Below, one piece after another: positions 46,324 through 55,482 of a stretch of 64,000 nucleotides of DNA. The position numbers and the translations under genes are program-made. Within the stretch, counting starts at the first letter, position 1, and each line of letters begins with the position of its first letter. The notes under the pieces were generated by a model, which worked only from the letters and a program-made list of their open reading frames with translations, did no database searches and was not told the origin of the DNA. The DNA comes from Polyangiaceae bacterium (GTDB taxonomy: Bacteria > Myxococcota_A > Polyangia > Polyangiales > Polyangiaceae): assembly GCA_033763455.1 (NCBI GenBank), contig JANRKO010000027.1, positions 1 through 64,000 of the forward strand, written 5' to 3'.

Positions 46324-47783
46324 GCTTCACCCCCCGCTTCACTCCTCGGTAAAAGCTGCGTCACTTCTGACAAAAAATCACCGTCTACCATGCGCACATG
46401 CACGCGCTCGCCCACACGCACATCCTGGACGGTCATCATGACTCGGCCTTGAGGCTCGGTGCAGATCGCGTAACCGCGACCCAAAACGGCCAACGGTGAT
46501 AGAGCGTGCAACCGACCGGCAAGGTTGGCCACTTCTGCGGCATTTCCCTGCAGCCGCAGGCGCATGTTGGCACCCAGTCGCTCGTGCAGCGGTAACAAGC
46601 AAGCTTTGAGGTGGTGCACACGCGTTCGAGGATGACGTTCCAACAAACGCCGTTCCAAAAGGCTGTGCACCTGGGTGCAGCGTGTCGAGCGACGCTTCAT
46701 CGCGTTGGCGAGAGCTCGCACGAGTTGATCGAGATCCTGCTGACGCTGGATGAGCACAAAGCGTGGATCGCTAAGGCGCAAGCGGAGCGATTCCACGAGC
46801 CTTCGTTCTGAGGCCAAACGAGCGAGCCCAGCTCGGACCAATTGGGCTCGCATGCGCCGCAAGCGCTCTAGGCGCGCCGCCTCATCCGGAATTACGAGCT
46901 CGGCCGCCTGCGAAGGAGTGGCTGCGCGCACGTCTGCCACAAGATCTGTCAGGCTGTAATCAATTTCGTGACCCACAGCGCTCACCACGGGCACCCGCAC
47001 TCGCGCCACACGCCGCACTACGCGTTCATCGCTGAAGGCCAAAAGATCTTCAAGGGAGCCTCCGCCGCGACCGACGATCAGCACATCCAGGCCTGGGTAG
47101 CGTTCAATTAAGTCGATGGCTGCGAGGATGCTCGCGGGCGCTTCTTCACCCTGTACCGTGGCGGGCGCAAGCACCAAGGTAACGCCACCACGTCGGAAAG
47201 CAACGCTCCGAATATCGTGAAATGCAGCTCCGGATGCGCTGGTGACCACACCGACAACTCTGGGGCTGTCCGGGAGCGGCCGCTTACGTTCAGCTTCAAA
47301 CAAGCCCTCGCGTGAGAGCTTAACCTTCAGCTCCTCGAGCGCCAGAAGTAGAGCTCCGCGCCCGAAGGGTCGGGCGCGCTCGGCGACAAACTGCAAACGC
47401 CCACGCGGTGCCCAAACGGTAGCCTTACCCCAAATCAAGAGCCGCGCCCCCTCTTCCAAGCACTTCCGCGCTCGCGCCGCCTGGAATTTGTACATCACGC
47501 AGTCAATGACGGCGTCTTCCTCTTCGTCTTTGAGGGTGAAATAGACATGCCCACTCTGCGCGCGTGTAAGCGAGCCGATTTCCCCCTGCACCCATTCACC
47601 CGCGCTCACTTCTTCGGCCACGCGCTTGATGCGCCGAGTGAGCTCCGCCACACTCACAATGCGTTCTGGCGAATTCTGTGGGCTTTCCCCGCTCACGGCA
47701 GGCCCGGGTATAGACGAGACGGCTGGGGTTGTCGCCAGGGAATTACCAAAAGCCGCTCTCGGTAGTGCTGCAGCCACGCTCAC
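46320..47783 (-). CDS. xseA: Exodeoxyribonuclease VII large subunit
   Basis: SGHVYFTLKD, VVTSASGAAFHD, RGGGSLEDL, SAVGHEID, RAATPS and LSPLAVLGRGY. The true start may be somewhat downstream. Confidence 0.95.
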   Translation of the reverse strand: MSVAAALPRAAFGNSLATTPAVSSIPGPAVSGESPQNSPERIVSVAELTRRIKRVAEEVSAGEWVQGEIGSLTRAQSGHVYFTLKDEEEDAVIDCVMYKFQAARARKCLEEGARLLIWGKATVWAPRGRLQFVAERARPFGRGALLLALEELKVKLSREGLFEAERKRPLPDSPRVVGVVTSASGAAFHDIRSVAFRRGGVTLVLAPATVQGEEAPASILAAIDLIERYPGLDVLIVGRGGGSLEDLLAFSDERVVRRVARVRVPVVSAVGHEIDYSLTDLVADVRAATPSQAAELVIPDEAARLERLRRMRAQLVRAGLARLASERRLVESLRLRLSDPRFVLIQRQQDLDQLVRALANAMKRRSTRCTQVHSLLERRLLERHPRTRVHHLKACLLPLHERLGANMRLRLQGNAAEVANLAGRLHALSPLAVLGRGYAICTEPQGRVMMTVQDVRVGERVHVRMVDGDFLSEVTQLLPRSEAGGEA

Positions 47784-47907
47784 ACGCGTACAACCCCGTG
47801 TTGACCTAACAACCCAGAAACACCTCGCAGCAATTTTTCCGTTGTTCCAGCCACGGCACCGACCTATCGTCTCGTCACCGCAAAAGCTGCCGCTTCAGAG
47901 TGCTACC

Positions 47908-49395
47908 TTGAAACGCATACTCATCGCCAATCGCGGAGAAATCGCCATCCGCTTCGCGCGCACCTTCCGCGAAATGGGGATCGAAAGCGTGGCTGTGTAC
48001 GCAGCCGGTGAAGAGGCCTCGCCCCACGTCCGCTACGCCGATTTCGCCGAGCTCCTCCCGGGCTCCACCACCGCTCAGACTTACCTCAACATCGAAGCCA
48101 TATTGGCCGCAGCTTCGCGCTCCCAGGCCGACGCGATCGCGCCGGGATACGGTTTTTTGTCCGAGAATGCCGACTTTGCGGAAGCTTGTGAACGCCACGG
48201 ATTAACATTTCTAGGTCCTTCACCAAACGCCATTCGCACGATGGGTTCGAAAACTGCGGCACGTGAAGCCATGTCGGCCGCAGGTGTGCCGCTCGTGCCA
48301 GGTGGCCCCGCCGACGATTTGGAGCAAGCCCGGCAAACAGCGCAGGCTCTCGGGTATCCGGTGTTCATCAAGGCGCGTGCGGGAGGTGGCGGCAAAGGAA
48401 TGCGCCGCGTCACCGCCGAGGCTCAGCTTGAACCCGCGTATGAAGTGGCAAAAAGTGAGGCCGAACGCGCTTTTGGCGATTCCACCGTGTATCTCGAAAA
48501 AGCGCTAATTCGACCGCGTCACGTAGAAATTCAGGTACTCGGCGACACCTTCGGCAACGTGGTGCACCTCTTCGAACGTGATTGTTCTATCCAGCGCCGG
48601 CACCAAAAAATTGTTGAGGAGTCTCCGTCGCCCCTGCTCTCACGAGCCGTGGTTGAACGAATGGGAGCCATCGCCGTACAGGGAGCGAAGGCCGTGGGCT
48701 ATTACTCCGCAGGCACATTTGAATTTTTGGTGGATGAAGCGGAGAACTTCTATTTCTTGGAGATGAATACGCGCCTCCAAGTCGAGCATCCAATCACCGA
48801 GCTTGTAACGGGTTTTGATCTGGTGCGGGAAATGGTGCGCGTGGCGAACGGTGAAGCGCTCGGCTTTAATCAGGAGGCGATCGTTGCGCGTGGGGCCGCC
48901 ATCGAGTGCCGCGTGTACGCCGAAGATCCTGACCGCGGATTTCTCCCCAGCCCCGGGCTTATCCGAGAGCTGCGCGAGCCAGGGGGGCCAGGCGTCCGGA
49001 ATGATTCAGGGGTCGCAGGAGGTGCAACCATCAGTGAGCTGTACGATCCGCTCATGTCGAAGCTCTGCGTTTGGGCCCCGACCCGCGCCGTCGCGCTGGC
49101 CCGGATGCGCGCAGCCCTCAAGGCTTACGTCGTTGTGGGCCCTACCACCAACCTCAAGTTTCATGAGCGCCTGCTGCAGCACCCGAGCTTTGAACGCGGC
49201 GAATATTACACCTCGTTCGTCGAGGAAAACCTAGCAGCGCTCACGTGCAATGAAGCCCCAATTGCTGAGCGTGCGCGTGAAGTGGCAGTGGCGATTGCTG
49301 CGGCACTTTTCCAAGCGGAGTCTGTGGCCCAGCCTACCCGGCCGGCAGCAGAAGGGCTCTCACCTTGGGTTGCGGCACATCGGCGCAGAATGTAG
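47908..49395 (+). CDS. accC: Biotin carboxylase subunit of an acyl-CoA carboxylase
   Basis: ILIANRGEIA, PGYGFLSENA, GGGGKGMR, ERDCSIQRRHQK and EMNTRLQVEH; no fused biotinyl domain. TTG start at 47908 assumed. Confidence 0.9.
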   Translation: MKRILIANRGEIAIRFARTFREMGIESVAVYAAGEEASPHVRYADFAELLPGSTTAQTYLNIEAILAAASRSQADAIAPGYGFLSENADFAEACERHGLTFLGPSPNAIRTMGSKTAAREAMSAAGVPLVPGGPADDLEQARQTAQALGYPVFIKARAGGGGKGMRRVTAEAQLEPAYEVAKSEAERAFGDSTVYLEKALIRPRHVEIQVLGDTFGNVVHLFERDCSIQRRHQKIVEESPSPLLSRAVVERMGAIAVQGAKAVGYYSAGTFEFLVDEAENFYFLEMNTRLQVEHPITELVTGFDLVREMVRVANGEALGFNQEAIVARGAAIECRVYAEDPDRGFLPSPGLIRELREPGGPGVRNDSGVAGGATISELYDPLMSKLCVWAPTRAVALARMRAALKAYVVVGPTTNLKFHERLLQHPSFERGEYYTSFVEENLAALTCNEAPIAERAREVAVAIAAALFQAESVAQPTRPAAEGLSPWVAAHRRRM

Positions 49396-49503
49396 GTGCG
49401 AGCGTTAGTCGGGCCTGAATATGCCTATCGAATCCGCCCGAGGGTGAGCTAGCCTTTGGGCGGTTGGCAAAACCGCTCCGGTTGCCTAGATATCCCCTCC
49501 CCT

Positions 49504-52158
49504 ATGGCCCAATCCACCGCTGATTTTCGCGCCTGCCCGCACTGCGGCACCGCCTGCGCGCGAAGCCATCAGTACTGCCCGGCCTGCGGCTTCCCAGTCG
49601 GTACCCTGGGCGTGAGCGATGAAGATAAGTTCATCGGCAAGACGTTACCTGGTGGTTATCACATTCTAGACCTCATTAGCGTCGGCGGAATGGGGCGCGT
49701 GTACCGTGCCGAGCAGAGCGTGCTCGGGCGCACCGTTGCCGTAAAGATCATCCATCCGCATCTGCTTTCGGATGAGAACTCAGCCGTGCGCTTCATGACA
49801 GAAGCACGCGCAGCCAGCCAGCTCAACCACCCGAATTCCGTGGCTGTGTTCGACTTTGGTCGTACCGATGACGGCCAGCCGTACCTAGTGATGGAATTTC
49901 TGCGCGGCAAAGATTTGGCGCGTGTGGCCTACGATGAAGGGCCGCTGCCCTTCGGTCGTATTGTGGACGTGTTGAAGCAGGTGCTTACGGCGCTAGCTGA
50001 AGCGCACGAGCTTGGCATCGTGCATCGCGATCTCAAGCCTGAGAACGTTATCATAGAGCCGTTACGCCGCGGTGGCGATTCTGTAAAAGTGGTGGATTTT
50101 GGGCTAGCAAAGCTCAAAGCAGATCGCCCAGGCCCGAGCGTCACAAGCCCGGGCATCGTGTGCGGCACCCCGGATTATATGGCCCCGGAACAGGGCCGCG
50201 GCGACGTGATCGATGGGCGTAGCGATCTGTACGCCGTGGGTGTGATGTTCTTTCAACTCCTCACCGGCCAGCTGCCGTATGAGGCCGATAGCCCCACCCA
50301 AGTCGTCATGATGCACATGACGATGCCAATTCCGGACCCCCAGCAGGTGGCGCCAGAGCGGGACATCCCCGACGCGCTGTGCGCAGTGGTCAAGCGGGCC
50401 ATGGCTAAAGCGGCCAAAGATCGCTACCAGGACGCCACTGAGTTCGCTGAGGCTCTCAGCGAAGCCCTCGCGTTGACCCAAACCTCCGCGGCGGCCTCAC
50501 TCTCCCCAGGCCTTGGAACAGTGCAATGCCAGGTCTGCCGCGTGACCGTTCCTATCGCCAAATTTTGCGGAGAATGCGGCAGTCGGCTAACCAGCGTGAG
50601 CGGCCCGCCTTCGGCAACACCTCAGTTTCCTCTGCCTTTGGTCGGGAGGGAGGAAGCTCTCAGTTGGCTTGAGCAGCAGAGAAACCGCGCTTCGGGCACG
50701 TTGTTCGCAGCGCGCCTAGTGGCGGAGTCTGGTTTCGGTAAAACGCGGGTTTTGAGCGAGTTCGCCCGCGCACTCCGAGCTCGCGGAGAGTGCGTGATCG
50801 AAGCACGGCCCGATCCCTATCTCGCGGACGTTGCCAATTACAGTCTCAGAAAGACTATCACTGAACTGTCGGCGATCGACGAAGTCGAATTGAAGAGTGG
50901 TCGTTTCGATGGTGCAAGCCCGGAGGCCAAGCGAGGTCTCGCAGAAATATTTGCTTTAAAGGGGCAAAGTCCCGATCGCCGAATGCCTGCTGAGCGCCGT
51001 TATGCTCTAGCCGAAGCGCTGCGTTGGGCTCTGGAGCTCGGGCTCACTCGCCAACAAACTCAGAGCATCACCATCCTGGTTGACGATTTGCATCGCATGG
51101 ATGGAGCTAGCCGCAACGCGTTCACGGACATGATCGCCGCGCCGCCCATGGGCAACGTATTCCTGGTGGGTGCGCACGTTCCAGCGTTCGATCCGCGCTG
51201 GGGTGGCGTTCGAAGCGCAGCCCACGTGCTCGCCGGCTTGAGCGAGTCCACAGCTGAGCCCATTCTGCGCTTCCTGAAGCCCCAAGAGCGGCCCCAGCCG
51301 GACCCAGAAACCCACGATTTTCAGCCGCTCTATCTGGAACAAGCGGTGCGCTATGCGGCCTCCGGGGGTACTGACGCCCCACCGCGCTTGGGCGACCTCG
51401 TCGGGCGCCGCCTAGACACGTTGGAGCCTATGGCTCGCCGCGTATTGCAGGCCATCGTGGTACTCGGCGACGATGTGCGTCCTCAGGATATACCGCAGCT
51501 AGTTACCAGCTTGCACGATTCCGGCCCCACAGTGGAGCGGCTGGTGCAAGAAGGTTTCGTCCAAAACCCCAACGGGCTGATCTCAGCATCGCACCCGTTA
51601 CTGCGCGAAATCGTGCTCACGGGGATCCCGCATGCTGTTCGAAGGGAGCTCCACGATAAGGCGTTGCGCGTTTGCGAAAAGGTGGGCGCTCCGCTCGAAG
51701 CCCGCGCTCAGCATGCTTATTTTTGCCAGGATTCATTCCAAGCATTACTGCTCTTGGAGCAGGTTGCAGAGCGTGCCCAGGCCAACGGAGCGCTCGATAG
51801 CGAGATCCTGGCGCTGCGGCGTGGCCTTGAAATCGCACGCCAAGAAATCAGCCGTGGGGAGCTCGACGACCCGTTGCGTGCGGTTTTGATCTTCAGCCGC
51901 AAGCTGGGAGCGGCGTTAGCTCGTGCCGGCAGCCTCGCTGACGCCGAAGGTGTGCTGCGGGAGGCCCTAGATCTTGCTGGGCCAAATGGCAAAGATCGCG
52001 CACGCGTGCTCGGCGCCTTAGCTCAAGTTGCCCATGGCAGGCAACGCGCGAGCGAGGCCTTTGGTTACCTCGATCAAGCGATTGAAGCGGCGAAAAGTTC
52101 CGGCGAAAAAGACTTGGTATCTTCGCTTTCCGATACGCGCACTGCCTGGGCGTCGTGA
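49504..52158 (+). CDS. Ser/Thr kinase with double zinc ribbons, P-loop NTPase (STAND/AAA_16-like) region and C-terminal TPR-like helices
   Basis: CPHC..CPAC and CQVC..CGEC; kinase VAVK, HRDLKPEN, DFG, GTPDYMAPE; LVGREE, AESGFGKT and ILVDDLH; Ala/Leu-rich TPR-like tail. Confidence 0.88.
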   Translation: MAQSTADFRACPHCGTACARSHQYCPACGFPVGTLGVSDEDKFIGKTLPGGYHILDLISVGGMGRVYRAEQSVLGRTVAVKIIHPHLLSDENSAVRFMTEARAASQLNHPNSVAVFDFGRTDDGQPYLVMEFLRGKDLARVAYDEGPLPFGRIVDVLKQVLTALAEAHELGIVHRDLKPENVIIEPLRRGGDSVKVVDFGLAKLKADRPGPSVTSPGIVCGTPDYMAPEQGRGDVIDGRSDLYAVGVMFFQLLTGQLPYEADSPTQVVMMHMTMPIPDPQQVAPERDIPDALCAVVKRAMAKAAKDRYQDATEFAEALSEALALTQTSAAASLSPGLGTVQCQVCRVTVPIAKFCGECGSRLTSVSGPPSATPQFPLPLVGREEALSWLEQQRNRASGTLFAARLVAESGFGKTRVLSEFARALRARGECVIEARPDPYLADVANYSLRKTITELSAIDEVELKSGRFDGASPEAKRGLAEIFALKGQSPDRRMPAERRYALAEALRWALELGLTRQQTQSITILVDDLHRMDGASRNAFTDMIAAPPMGNVFLVGAHVPAFDPRWGGVRSAAHVLAGLSESTAEPILRFLKPQERPQPDPETHDFQPLYLEQAVRYAASGGTDAPPRLGDLVGRRLDTLEPMARRVLQAIVVLGDDVRPQDIPQLVTSLHDSGPTVERLVQEGFVQNPNGLISASHPLLREIVLTGIPHAVRRELHDKALRVCEKVGAPLEARAQHAYFCQDSFQALLLLEQVAERAQANGALDSEILALRRGLEIARQEISRGELDDPLRAVLIFSRKLGAALARAGSLADAEGVLREALDLAGPNGKDRARVLGALAQVAHGRQRASEAFGYLDQAIEAAKSSGEKDLVSSLSDTRTAWAS

Positions 52159-53204
52159 ATTCACCTACGCAAGTTATCGCTCGCTGGGATCTCGACAAAA
52201 CATACCTTCGAACGGATTTTGACAGCTTGGGGGCGCTGCTGCGCACTGCAACTGAACGGCCGGATCGCAAGCGAGCCATTCCTGGAGCCGCGGCTCTACT
52301 CCGTGAGCTCAACCGCCTGGGTGCAGAGCTCCACATCGTGAGCGGCAGTCCACGGCAACTGCGCAGAAAAATTGAGGAGAAGTTGGCCCTGGATGGCGTG
52401 CGCCACGCCGAACTTTCCCTCAAGCCCAATCTCTCAAATCTTTTGCGATTGCGTTTTCGAGCGCTTCACGAACAGCTAGGCTACAAGCTGCCGCTGCTAC
52501 TTCAGGCAAAGGTTCGCGATCAACTGCGTGGCCTTTTGGTGCGGGAAATTCTGAGTGGGGACGACGCCGAGGCGGATGCCTTCGTGTATTCCCTCTATGC
52601 CGACGTGCTTGCCGGGCGGATTGAACGAACTGCGCTCTCAGAGATCTTGGTAGCCGGCCATGTTTTTCCTGATCAACTGAAGGCGGCGCTACATGCCGCA
52701 GCAGCCCTCCACGTTTCCGATGAACACGTGAGGATCCTCATCCACCTAGACCGTCAAACTCCGCCCAGCCACTTCCACGCTTACGCGCCGCGTCTGGTTC
52801 CTTTCTACAACTACCAACAAGCAGCGTACGTACTTGTGGAAGATGGGAGCCTAGATGGCGAGGGAGCGCTACGCGTGGCCCAGAACATGATGCTCTATCA
52901 CCAGTTCGATGCGGATAGCTTAGCGCGTAGCTACGCCGAGTTGGCACGCCGTGGGCACGCCCGCTTAACGCTTGGGCCGAAGCTTCTAGCAGCGCTGGCA
53001 CAATTTCCGGAGCGGGAGCCCGAGTACGCCCAGCTAAAAGAGCTTGCCGAACAGGTGAGTCACCACGCTCTCCACGCCTCGTTGGGGCAGCCGAGCGATC
53101 CCAGCGCGGCACCGACCACGGGGCTCAGCCCGGCCGAATACATCGCCCTCGCCGAGGAACACGCCGGAGGGCGCAACCGCCGCCCAGCCAGGCGAGACGT
53201 CTAG
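52155..53204 (+). CDS. HAD-fold phosphatase-like protein (App1/DUF2183-like)
   Basis: WDLDKT (DxDxT), IVSGSP, conserved K in GYKL and SGDDAEAD; GTGA overlap with the kinase gene. Confidence 0.65.
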   Translation: MNSPTQVIARWDLDKTYLRTDFDSLGALLRTATERPDRKRAIPGAAALLRELNRLGAELHIVSGSPRQLRRKIEEKLALDGVRHAELSLKPNLSNLLRLRFRALHEQLGYKLPLLLQAKVRDQLRGLLVREILSGDDAEADAFVYSLYADVLAGRIERTALSEILVAGHVFPDQLKAALHAAAALHVSDEHVRILIHLDRQTPPSHFHAYAPRLVPFYNYQQAAYVLVEDGSLDGEGALRVAQNMMLYHQFDADSLARSYAELARRGHARLTLGPKLLAALAQFPEREPEYAQLKELAEQVSHHALHASLGQPSDPSAAPTTGLSPAEYIALAEEHAGGRNRRPARRDV

Positions 53205-53408
53205 CCCAGCGGGGGCAAGCCCCCAATTGGCTCGCTTTCGGCCCTCACCAGGGGTCGCCTGGTTGAAACCTTGCCTTTGTATTTTTGATGACTAGAACCG
53301 TGGGTCTCCGTCGTCTCGGTGGGCCCGCGGCTCGCCTGGCGGAGGTAGCCCCGAATCCCTGTAGAAACTGTCCGTCTAAGGCCCGGTTGGGCCGAAAGGG
53401 TCGCGCAC

Positions 53409-54017
53409 TTGGATAGCGATCTTGCCGAATCGATCTCTGCGCTCAAAGAGTCTTTCTCACGTCGAGGAGTCCGTGCCACCTTTGGCAAGGCGGACGCCGC
53501 GCTCGTTGATGGTCTCAAAGCCAAGCTCTCAATACCTCGAAGGTATCGAGAGTTTCTACTGGCGTGCGATCCCACCGACGTGGAAACGCGAACACCCTCC
53601 GAAAGGGTGCGTTTGGTGTCAGCCCAAAACCTCGTGCGGGAGCAAGTTGGCTTTGCGCTAATTTCTGAGGCAGAGCGGAGACCCAATCCCGCGCCGAACG
53701 GCTGGCGGCCAAGTTGGATCATCATCGGGCACAGCACTCTCGTGGGTGATCCTTACTTCCTCGATGTGTCGCTCCCGGATCCCGAGGGTGACTGCCCAGT
53801 GTACACGGCGATGAGCGGCAGCGAGCCGTGGAAGGCTCACTTGTGCGCGTCGAGTTTTGCACTTTTCCTCCGCATTTTGGCCGTCGGCATGCAGGTGGCT
53901 GAAGGCTTCGCCGAGGACAACCTCGACATCGACGACGAGCAAGTATTTCGAGAATCGCTCGGTCCCAAGGTACGCGAGTACGATCCCGCCGCTTTCAAAG
54001 CCGGGCACTGGACATGA
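53409..54017 (+). CDS. SMI1/KNR4 (SUKH) family protein
   Basis: Pattern L.AKLSIPRRYREFL, WIIIG...GDPYFLD...GDCPVY...ASSFALFL; TTG start. Confidence 0.75.
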   Translation: MDSDLAESISALKESFSRRGVRATFGKADAALVDGLKAKLSIPRRYREFLLACDPTDVETRTPSERVRLVSAQNLVREQVGFALISEAERRPNPAPNGWRPSWIIIGHSTLVGDPYFLDVSLPDPEGDCPVYTAMSGSEPWKAHLCASSFALFLRILAVGMQVAEGFAEDNLDIDDEQVFRESLGPKVREYDPAAFKAGHWT

Positions 54018-55294
54018 CTCAGCTCAGAGTGTTCCGAGCTGGCCAACCGGAGTTCGAGATCCAGCTTCGGGACCTCGCACTGCGCGGTGAACAAGATCTC
54101 GGCGCGGTGGAAGGCACCGTGCGTGCTATCCTCGCGAGCGTTCGACGCGAAGGTGATCCAGCCCTCGCCAGCTACGTCAAGCAATTCGAGCAACGCGACG
54201 CTCACCCGCTATTTGAACGGGACTATGGCGGCAAAGCGGCACTCGAACAAGTCAGCCCCGAGGTGCGTGAAGCTCTCAAGCTCGCGCACCAGCGCATTCG
54301 CGGTTATCACCTTCGCCAAGCTGAAAAGCTCGGCAGTTTTGAGTACACCGAAGACGGCGTCTTTTTGGCCAGCCGCGTGAATCCGCTTGCGAGCGTGGGT
54401 GTCTACGCTCCCGGCGGCAAGGCAACTTACCCTTCCAGCGTATTGATGACGGCCGTGGTGGCTCAAGTCGCCGGCGTACCGGAAATCATCTTGGCCTGCC
54501 CGAGCCCCTCAGCCGAAGTGCGTGCAGCGGCTTATCTGTCTGGTGTAACGGGGCTGTTGAACGCCGGAGGTGCGCAAGCAGTGGCTGCTCTCGCGTACGG
54601 CACACAGACGGTGCCACGGGTTGCCAAAATCGTTGGCCCCGGGAATTTGTATGTTACCTGCGCCAAACGCCTAGTTTTCGGCGATGTCGCCATCGACGGG
54701 CTCGCCGGGCCGAGCGAGATCCTCGTCGTCGCCGACGAAACGGCCGATCCCAAAGTTGTAGCGGCAGATCTGTTGTCGCAGGCCGAACACGATGAAGCCG
54801 CTTACCCGCTACTCGTATGTTCCGACGCAGGGCTGCTTGAGCAAATCCAAAGCGAGCTTGCTCTCGCGCTCGAAGCACTACCCCGCCGCGACATCGCGCA
54901 AGCGTCCGTCGCAGCTCACGGAGTGGCTTTTCTCGTCTCTAATCGCACCGAGTTGGCTCGCGTGGCTGATCTACTTGCGGTCGAGCACGTAAGCCTTCAG
55001 TGCGCCGACGCGCGCGCTTTGGCCGTCCAAGTAAGGCACGCAGGAGCAATCTTCATGGGTCACGCGACTCCAGAAGCCGCGGGTGACTACGTAGCCGGCC
55101 CATCCCACGTGCTGCCAACGGGAGGGGCGGCACGTTTCGGGGCTCCTCTGGGCGTCTACGATTTCGTATCGCGCACCTCGCTCATTGAGTACTCCCCCGC
55201 TGCTCTTGCGGCCCACGCGCCAGCAATCACCGCATTGGCTACGGCCGAGGGGTTGGAGGCTCACGGGCGAGCCGTTCAAGTTCGACTTCGATAG
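54014..55294 (+). CDS. hisD: Histidinol dehydrogenase
   Basis: GVYAPGGKATYPSS, GGAQAVAALAYG, KIVGPGN, AGPSE, SQAEHD, GDYVAGPSHVLPTGG and EGLEAH. Confidence 0.96.
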   Translation: MTQLRVFRAGQPEFEIQLRDLALRGEQDLGAVEGTVRAILASVRREGDPALASYVKQFEQRDAHPLFERDYGGKAALEQVSPEVREALKLAHQRIRGYHLRQAEKLGSFEYTEDGVFLASRVNPLASVGVYAPGGKATYPSSVLMTAVVAQVAGVPEIILACPSPSAEVRAAAYLSGVTGLLNAGGAQAVAALAYGTQTVPRVAKIVGPGNLYVTCAKRLVFGDVAIDGLAGPSEILVVADETADPKVVAADLLSQAEHDEAAYPLLVCSDAGLLEQIQSELALALEALPRRDIAQASVAAHGVAFLVSNRTELARVADLLAVEHVSLQCADARALAVQVRHAGAIFMGHATPEAAGDYVAGPSHVLPTGGAARFGAPLGVYDFVSRTSLIEYSPAALAAHAPAITALATAEGLEAHGRAVQVRLR

Positions 55295-55482
55295 GGTTTT
55301 GGGGGCACCTCCAAGCAGCGTCAGCGGAAGTTTACGCACCCACCGGCACACCTGGTTTCCAAGAGAAACGCCACGTTCTCAAGGGGAATCCCGAAACCGC
55401 GCTCTTTCCGGGGTGTATACTCCCGCAGTCCTTCAAGCTGGTGCGTGCCGGCCTCCGGGGGGCGGTAGTTTTCTGAGGAGTC

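Noticed and set aside
47626..47907. N-terminal extensions given by the ORF track (accC, also 3971-4084, 5599-5745 and 63254-63418)
   Set aside because: They overlap neighbouring genes or precede the family's conserved start; downstream starts fit better.
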